Source: Candidatus Bathyarchaeota archaeon
GTDB lineage: Archaea > Thermoproteota > Bathyarchaeia > Bathyarchaeales > Bathycorpusculaceae
Reading direction: 5' to 3'
Assembly (NCBI GenBank): GCA_963775895.1
Contig: CAVZKL010000015.1
Span: forward strand, 1-52,193
Length of the DNA stretch: 52,193 bases
Shown here: positions 48,256 to 52,193 of the stretch, piece by piece
Layout of the letters: each line of letters opens with the position of its first letter
How positions within the stretch are numbered: the first letter of the stretch is position 1
The notes under the pieces: generated by a model
Seen by the model: the letters and a program-made list of their open reading frames with translations, nothing else
Told to the model about the DNA's origin: nothing
Databases searched by the model: none
Translations under genes and position numbers: made by a program

Positions 48256-48622
48256 ATGAAAATGAACAAATCCAAAAGAGCATCGGAGAGGTTTTTTAAG
48301 TTCGCTTCGGACGGGAACCTCGCATACACGCAGCCGATTTGAAGAAAGCAGAGGACTTCTACAGCAATGTTCTGTGTTTCAGACTCTCGCAAAAAACAAA
48401 CAAGCGACTTGTTTACGACACGGGCATAATCACACTCTACGTAGTGAAGGACAACAAGGTGCTCCCTTCATTCCAGCACTCGAAGTCGCCGACTACAAAA
48501 AGGCAAAACAGTATCTCATCAAAAATGGTTGCAGAATAATCAAAGAATGGCCCGAAGACAGAGCACTGTACTTCGAAGATCCTTTCGGCATAGTGACTGA
48601 CGTCGTAGAAAAACAGCCGTAA
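48256..48622 (+). CDS. VOC/glyoxalase family protein (two frameshifts)
   Basis: IHAADLKKAEDFYSNVLCF...; second frame ALEVADY...LYFEDPFG. Confidence 0.8.
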
Positions 48623-48670
48623 ACTGGGCGCGCGCGTGCAACGGGCTGGAACAGAAAAAGTGAAGGGTGT

Positions 48671-48748
48671 CTATTTCGGGATGGCAACCAGCTGTTTCTC
48701 GTACACGATCATCCAACTTTTTACACTTTCATATTCTTTTCTTCGCAT
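48671..48748 (-). CDS. Putative 25-aa small protein (MRRKEYESVKSWMIVYEKQLVAIPK)
   Basis: GAGGTGA SD 5 nt before ATG; T-run after the stop; lies in otherwise non-coding DNA. Confidence 0.5.
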   Translation of the reverse strand: MRRKEYESVKSWMIVYEKQLVAIPK

Positions 48749-49249
48749 GTTTTTCACCTCGTACGACCGATAACACAGTCGTGTTTTCATGAGTCGACAT
48801 ACGTACCGAAAACGTGGATGGCAATCAAACAGTGTTACTGAGAGGTACGCGCTGGCTTCAGTTATCTTGTATAGTACGACTTGAGTCTAGCGTTACTATT
48901 ATACTTATCTGAGCACTTGACTGAAAATTCATGGAGCGCGACCTACAGTTTGGGGTTTGGAGGATTGAATTTAGGAAATCGGGTCTTATCCGCGCGCGCC
49001 TTCCAAACAGAGCATGGCTAACGGTGCTCAGTTACGACGGAAGCTTGGATCTTGTGACTGAACACCTGACAGTTGCAGCTTCAACCGGAGACCAGAACAC
49101 AACTCCTCAGTCAAACATGACAATCACATTGCCCAGCACCGCGAATAATTACATACCGCAAGATCGACGCCCCCGCTTTTTTCACCATGGGTGCAATTGG
49201 AGAATTCCTTTAAATTCTTGGTCATGCACATTCGTAGGCGGAGAATTCT

Positions 49250-50662
49250 ATGAGCGGCGGCGGTTCCTACGAGGCAGCAAAAGACCTGCTCCTCAAAGCG
49301 ATCAAGACGCTGGAAACAAGCGTCGAGTACGCGGACGCGCTCTATGAAAGAACCGAAGGTGTCGCCATCACAAAAGACAACGTTGAGGAACGTGTGTCGA
49401 CACCTAGAAACGTTCGCGGCTTCGTGCTGAGAGCCTACAAGAAAGGGCAATGGAGAGAGGCAGGCGGCTACGATTTCTCGGCCGAAAGCGTACAAGATAC
49501 GGCGAGAAAGCTTGCGCATTTCGAGCCCTTCTCAAAAGGCTCAAAAGACTCTGTCAAGCTACAACAGGTGAAACCGTGGAAGCTGGACAAAAAACTTCCC
49601 GTGAAGATCAGTCCTTCCGAAGTGGATGTTGAAGAGAAACTGGAGAACGTTCGAAGGCTTCATCGTGACGCTGTGAGTTACGACAAGAGAATCATCAACG
49701 TCAGGGTCTCCTACGACGACACCGTGGGCGAAAGAGTTTTCGCCAACACCGAGGGCAGCGTACTGCGACAGGTTGTTCCACACACGTCCATTTTCGTTAT
49801 GCCCATCGCCAAGGAAGGGGGCAGGATGGACTACGATTACCTCTCCCTAGGAGGAACGGTCGGCTTCGAAGTCGTGAAGAATCTTGATGAGAATCCCGTC
49901 AAGGAAACGGCGAAAAGTTCAATCGAGCTCTTGCAGGCTAAGGCTCCGCCCTCGGGGCATTTCACCGTGATTCTTGACCAGGGAATGACGGGCACCTTCG
50001 CGCATGAGTCGTTTGGCCACGGTTGCGAGGCAGATCAGATCGTCAGAAAACGATCTTACCTCGTGCCCTATTTCGGTAAGCGCATAGGCTTCGATAAGTT
50101 GAGCATCTGTGACGATGGAACGCTTCCAGGCGGGAACGGCTCCTTCGCTTTTGACGATGAGGGAGTGAAGAGCAGGAAGAACTATGTCTTGAGGAACGGT
50201 GTGCTCGAAGGCTACTTGCACGAACGATATTCGGCGTCACTGATGAACGCTGAGCCAACTGGGAACGGCAGAAGGGACAGCTTCCTGCGCAAACTCTTCG
50301 TCAGGATGACTAACACGTACGTCGAGCCAGGCGACTACGATCTTGATGAGATGATCGAAGAAGTCGACTACGGCGTCATGCTGCTGAATCCAGTGTCCGG
50401 AATGGAGGACCCGCTGGCCGGCGGAATGGAGTTGAAATCCAAGAAGGGCCGCGTGATAGAGAAAGGCAAAGTGGGCAGGGTTCTTTCGACGCTGACGCTG
50501 AGTGAAAACGTTCCAGCTCTCATCGCGTCGATAGATGCTGTGGGAAAGAAGAGCCAGTTCAGCACGGAATCGGGGACCTGTGGAAAAGGCTACGAGGATT
50601 TCGTTCCCGTCGGAGACGGCGGCGTCTACATTCGAGCCAAAGCGGTGGTGGGTCAAGGATGA
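49250..50662 (+). CDS. tldD: TldD metalloprotease subunit (copy 2)
   Basis: HESFGHGCE, FDDEGV, TGNGRR, RMTNT, CGKG. Confidence 0.95.
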   Translation: MSGGGSYEAAKDLLLKAIKTLETSVEYADALYERTEGVAITKDNVEERVSTPRNVRGFVLRAYKKGQWREAGGYDFSAESVQDTARKLAHFEPFSKGSKDSVKLQQVKPWKLDKKLPVKISPSEVDVEEKLENVRRLHRDAVSYDKRIINVRVSYDDTVGERVFANTEGSVLRQVVPHTSIFVMPIAKEGGRMDYDYLSLGGTVGFEVVKNLDENPVKETAKSSIELLQAKAPPSGHFTVILDQGMTGTFAHESFGHGCEADQIVRKRSYLVPYFGKRIGFDKLSICDDGTLPGGNGSFAFDDEGVKSRKNYVLRNGVLEGYLHERYSASLMNAEPTGNGRRDSFLRKLFVRMTNTYVEPGDYDLDEMIEEVDYGVMLLNPVSGMEDPLAGGMELKSKKGRVIEKGKVGRVLSTLTLSENVPALIASIDAVGKKSQFSTESGTCGKGYEDFVPVGDGGVYIRAKAVVGQG

Positions 50663-52056
50663 GCGAGCACGATTCGATCAGGAAGATTCTGAAGGAAAAG
50701 AGAATCGACCAGTGGGACATCTACGTTGAAGAGGCAGAAGAATACGAGGTTCAGCTTCGAAACTTCGACGCAGAAATCGTGAGGGGTCCGATCAGAAACT
50801 CGGGCTACGCCGTCAGAATAATGAAGCCCAAAGGGAAGAAGGTCGGCATCGGCATCGGAACAGGGCAAACCCTGCAGACTGGCAGCATAAGAAAATGCGT
50901 GGACACGGCACTGGTTGGAGCTGACATAACCGAGTTCCCAGGCTACAGATTGCCGAAACCATCCAAATATCCAAACGTGAAGGTCGCCGACTCAAAGATC
51001 ACCTCAGATGCCGAAAACCTCGTGAAGGACAAGACTGAAGAACTGGTCTCACTTCTCAAACGGTCAAAGACTGTTCTACCGACGTTCGGAAAAATCCGAA
51101 CGTACAAAGTTTCAACCTCCATATCCAACAGCGAGGGATTGCAGGCTGAAAAGAATGAAACGCTCTTCTACGTAGAACTGGCACTGAAGGCTGAACGAGA
51201 AGGCAAACTTGCAGAGTATTGGCCCATGCTTTTCGTCAGACGCGCAGACGACCTTAAACTGGACAAGCAGGTTCCAGAATGGACGAAGCTGGCCGAGGAT
51301 GCCCTCAGGGCCAAGGTCCCGAAAACCACGAGGACAAGCGTGATTTTCGCTCCGCAAATCTTGGGCAACCTCATCCCCGGCACCGTGGGTTTTCACGCCC
51401 TCGGATCCACCGTGTTCAGAAACCTCTCCAGGTTCAAGAAAGGCGAACAGGTGGGCTCAGAAACGCTCACCATCTACGACGACGGAATCGTGGACTACGC
51501 CCTCGGATCCTCAGCGTTCGATGATGAAGGAACACCCCAATCAAGAACAACCCTGATCGAAAAAGGGATACACAAGGGCTTCCTCTTCGACGCCATGTAC
51601 TCCGCCGCCATGAACGTTGACTCAACCGGAAACGGCCAGAAACTCTCAGCGTACGCCCTAGCATTCACGCGAGTCGACTTCAAGTACTCGATGCTGCCAT
51701 CCGCGCAGCCAACGAACCTCATCATCAAACCAGGAGACATGAGCCTGGAAGAAATGATCGCCACCACAAAACAAGGAATCTACCTGCAACAACTCTCCAG
51801 CTCCTCCTCCGACTCACTGACCACATCCTTCGGCTCAGAAATCCGAAACGCCTACCAGATCGAAAAAGGCGAACTATCAACACCGCTGAAAGGCGGACAG
51901 ATCAACGGATTCCTCCTCGACACCCCAACCACACAGGGACAAAGAACAGAAGGACTGCTCAAACACATCACGGGGCTATCCCGCGAAACACAAACCCGCG
52001 GCAGATGCATAACACCCTACATAAGGTTCGAAGGCGTCCAAGTCGCCGGCAAATAA
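50659..52056 (+). CDS. pmbA: PmbA/TldE subunit (copy 2)
   Basis: ATGA overlap with tldD; FDDEGTP, STGNG, PTNLIIKPG; no HExxH. Confidence 0.92.
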   Translation: MSEHDSIRKILKEKRIDQWDIYVEEAEEYEVQLRNFDAEIVRGPIRNSGYAVRIMKPKGKKVGIGIGTGQTLQTGSIRKCVDTALVGADITEFPGYRLPKPSKYPNVKVADSKITSDAENLVKDKTEELVSLLKRSKTVLPTFGKIRTYKVSTSISNSEGLQAEKNETLFYVELALKAEREGKLAEYWPMLFVRRADDLKLDKQVPEWTKLAEDALRAKVPKTTRTSVIFAPQILGNLIPGTVGFHALGSTVFRNLSRFKKGEQVGSETLTIYDDGIVDYALGSSAFDDEGTPQSRTTLIEKGIHKGFLFDAMYSAAMNVDSTGNGQKLSAYALAFTRVDFKYSMLPSAQPTNLIIKPGDMSLEEMIATTKQGIYLQQLSSSSSDSLTTSFGSEIRNAYQIEKGELSTPLKGGQINGFLLDTPTTQGQRTEGLLKHITGLSRETQTRGRCITPYIRFEGVQVAGK

Positions 52057-52193
52057 CCCAACACCCATCACAAAACACAAGGAAAGCCCACCCACATCCG
52101 TGAACATCCCGCACTGGGCATATTTGGATCCTAATATTCATGATACATTGAAACGAGGAGGGGAGGGTACACAATAAGCTTTTTTCAGCGAAT

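Noticed and set aside
48931-49347. 138-aa ORF upstream of tldD2
   Set aside because: No recognisable motif or SD, overlaps tldD2 out of frame and runs through a (GC)n spacer tract.
1-52193. CRISPR arrays, tRNA/rRNA genes, IS elements, proviral genes
   Set aside because: No regularly spaced repeats, cloverleaf or T-loop contexts, or transposase, integrase or capsid ORFs seen by eye; a tRNAscan-SE/Infernal run would be needed to exclude small RNAs.

Overview
Archaeal chromosomal window, most likely TACK/Bathyarchaeia-like (inferred from RadA, TBP, archaeal class I CCA enzyme, Trm11, Lhr, RqcH, a Cren7-like protein and archaeal TATA/SD signals). About 58 protein-coding loci or remnants are visible; I saw no rRNA, tRNA, CRISPR array, transposase or integrase. 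Bases 1-41 kb are mostly housekeeping: RqcH, RadA, two-subunit Fe-S hydro-lyase, LarA, PyrE, TBP, HtpX, SPase I, TldD/PmbA, Lhr, RNase Z, Trm11, Prs, class II HMG-CoA reductase, ThpR-CCA, UppP. Bases 41.8-48.8 kb form an accessory patch (GNATs, VOC, DUF6125, LURP, Fe-S protein, gene remnants), followed by a second TldD/PmbA pair. About a dozen genes carry 1-nt indels, probably long-read errors. Best leads: (1) recurrent intergenic (GC)n tracts, some with a shared GWCYTAY upstream flank, concentrated between the accessory genes; (2) an unannotated 56-aa zinc-ribbon Cren7-like chromatin protein plus an aKMT-like lysine methyltransferase; (3) a candidate RNA end-healing locus (orphan P-loop kinase, DUF54, beta-CASP nuclease, divergent from ThpR-CCA); (4) a 16-bp-stem leader upstream of a wHTH gene; (5) an unannotated 25-aa ORF with a strong SD; (6) an uncharacterised two-repeat protein directly downstream of radA. 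All family calls are by motif recognition only; no searches were run.
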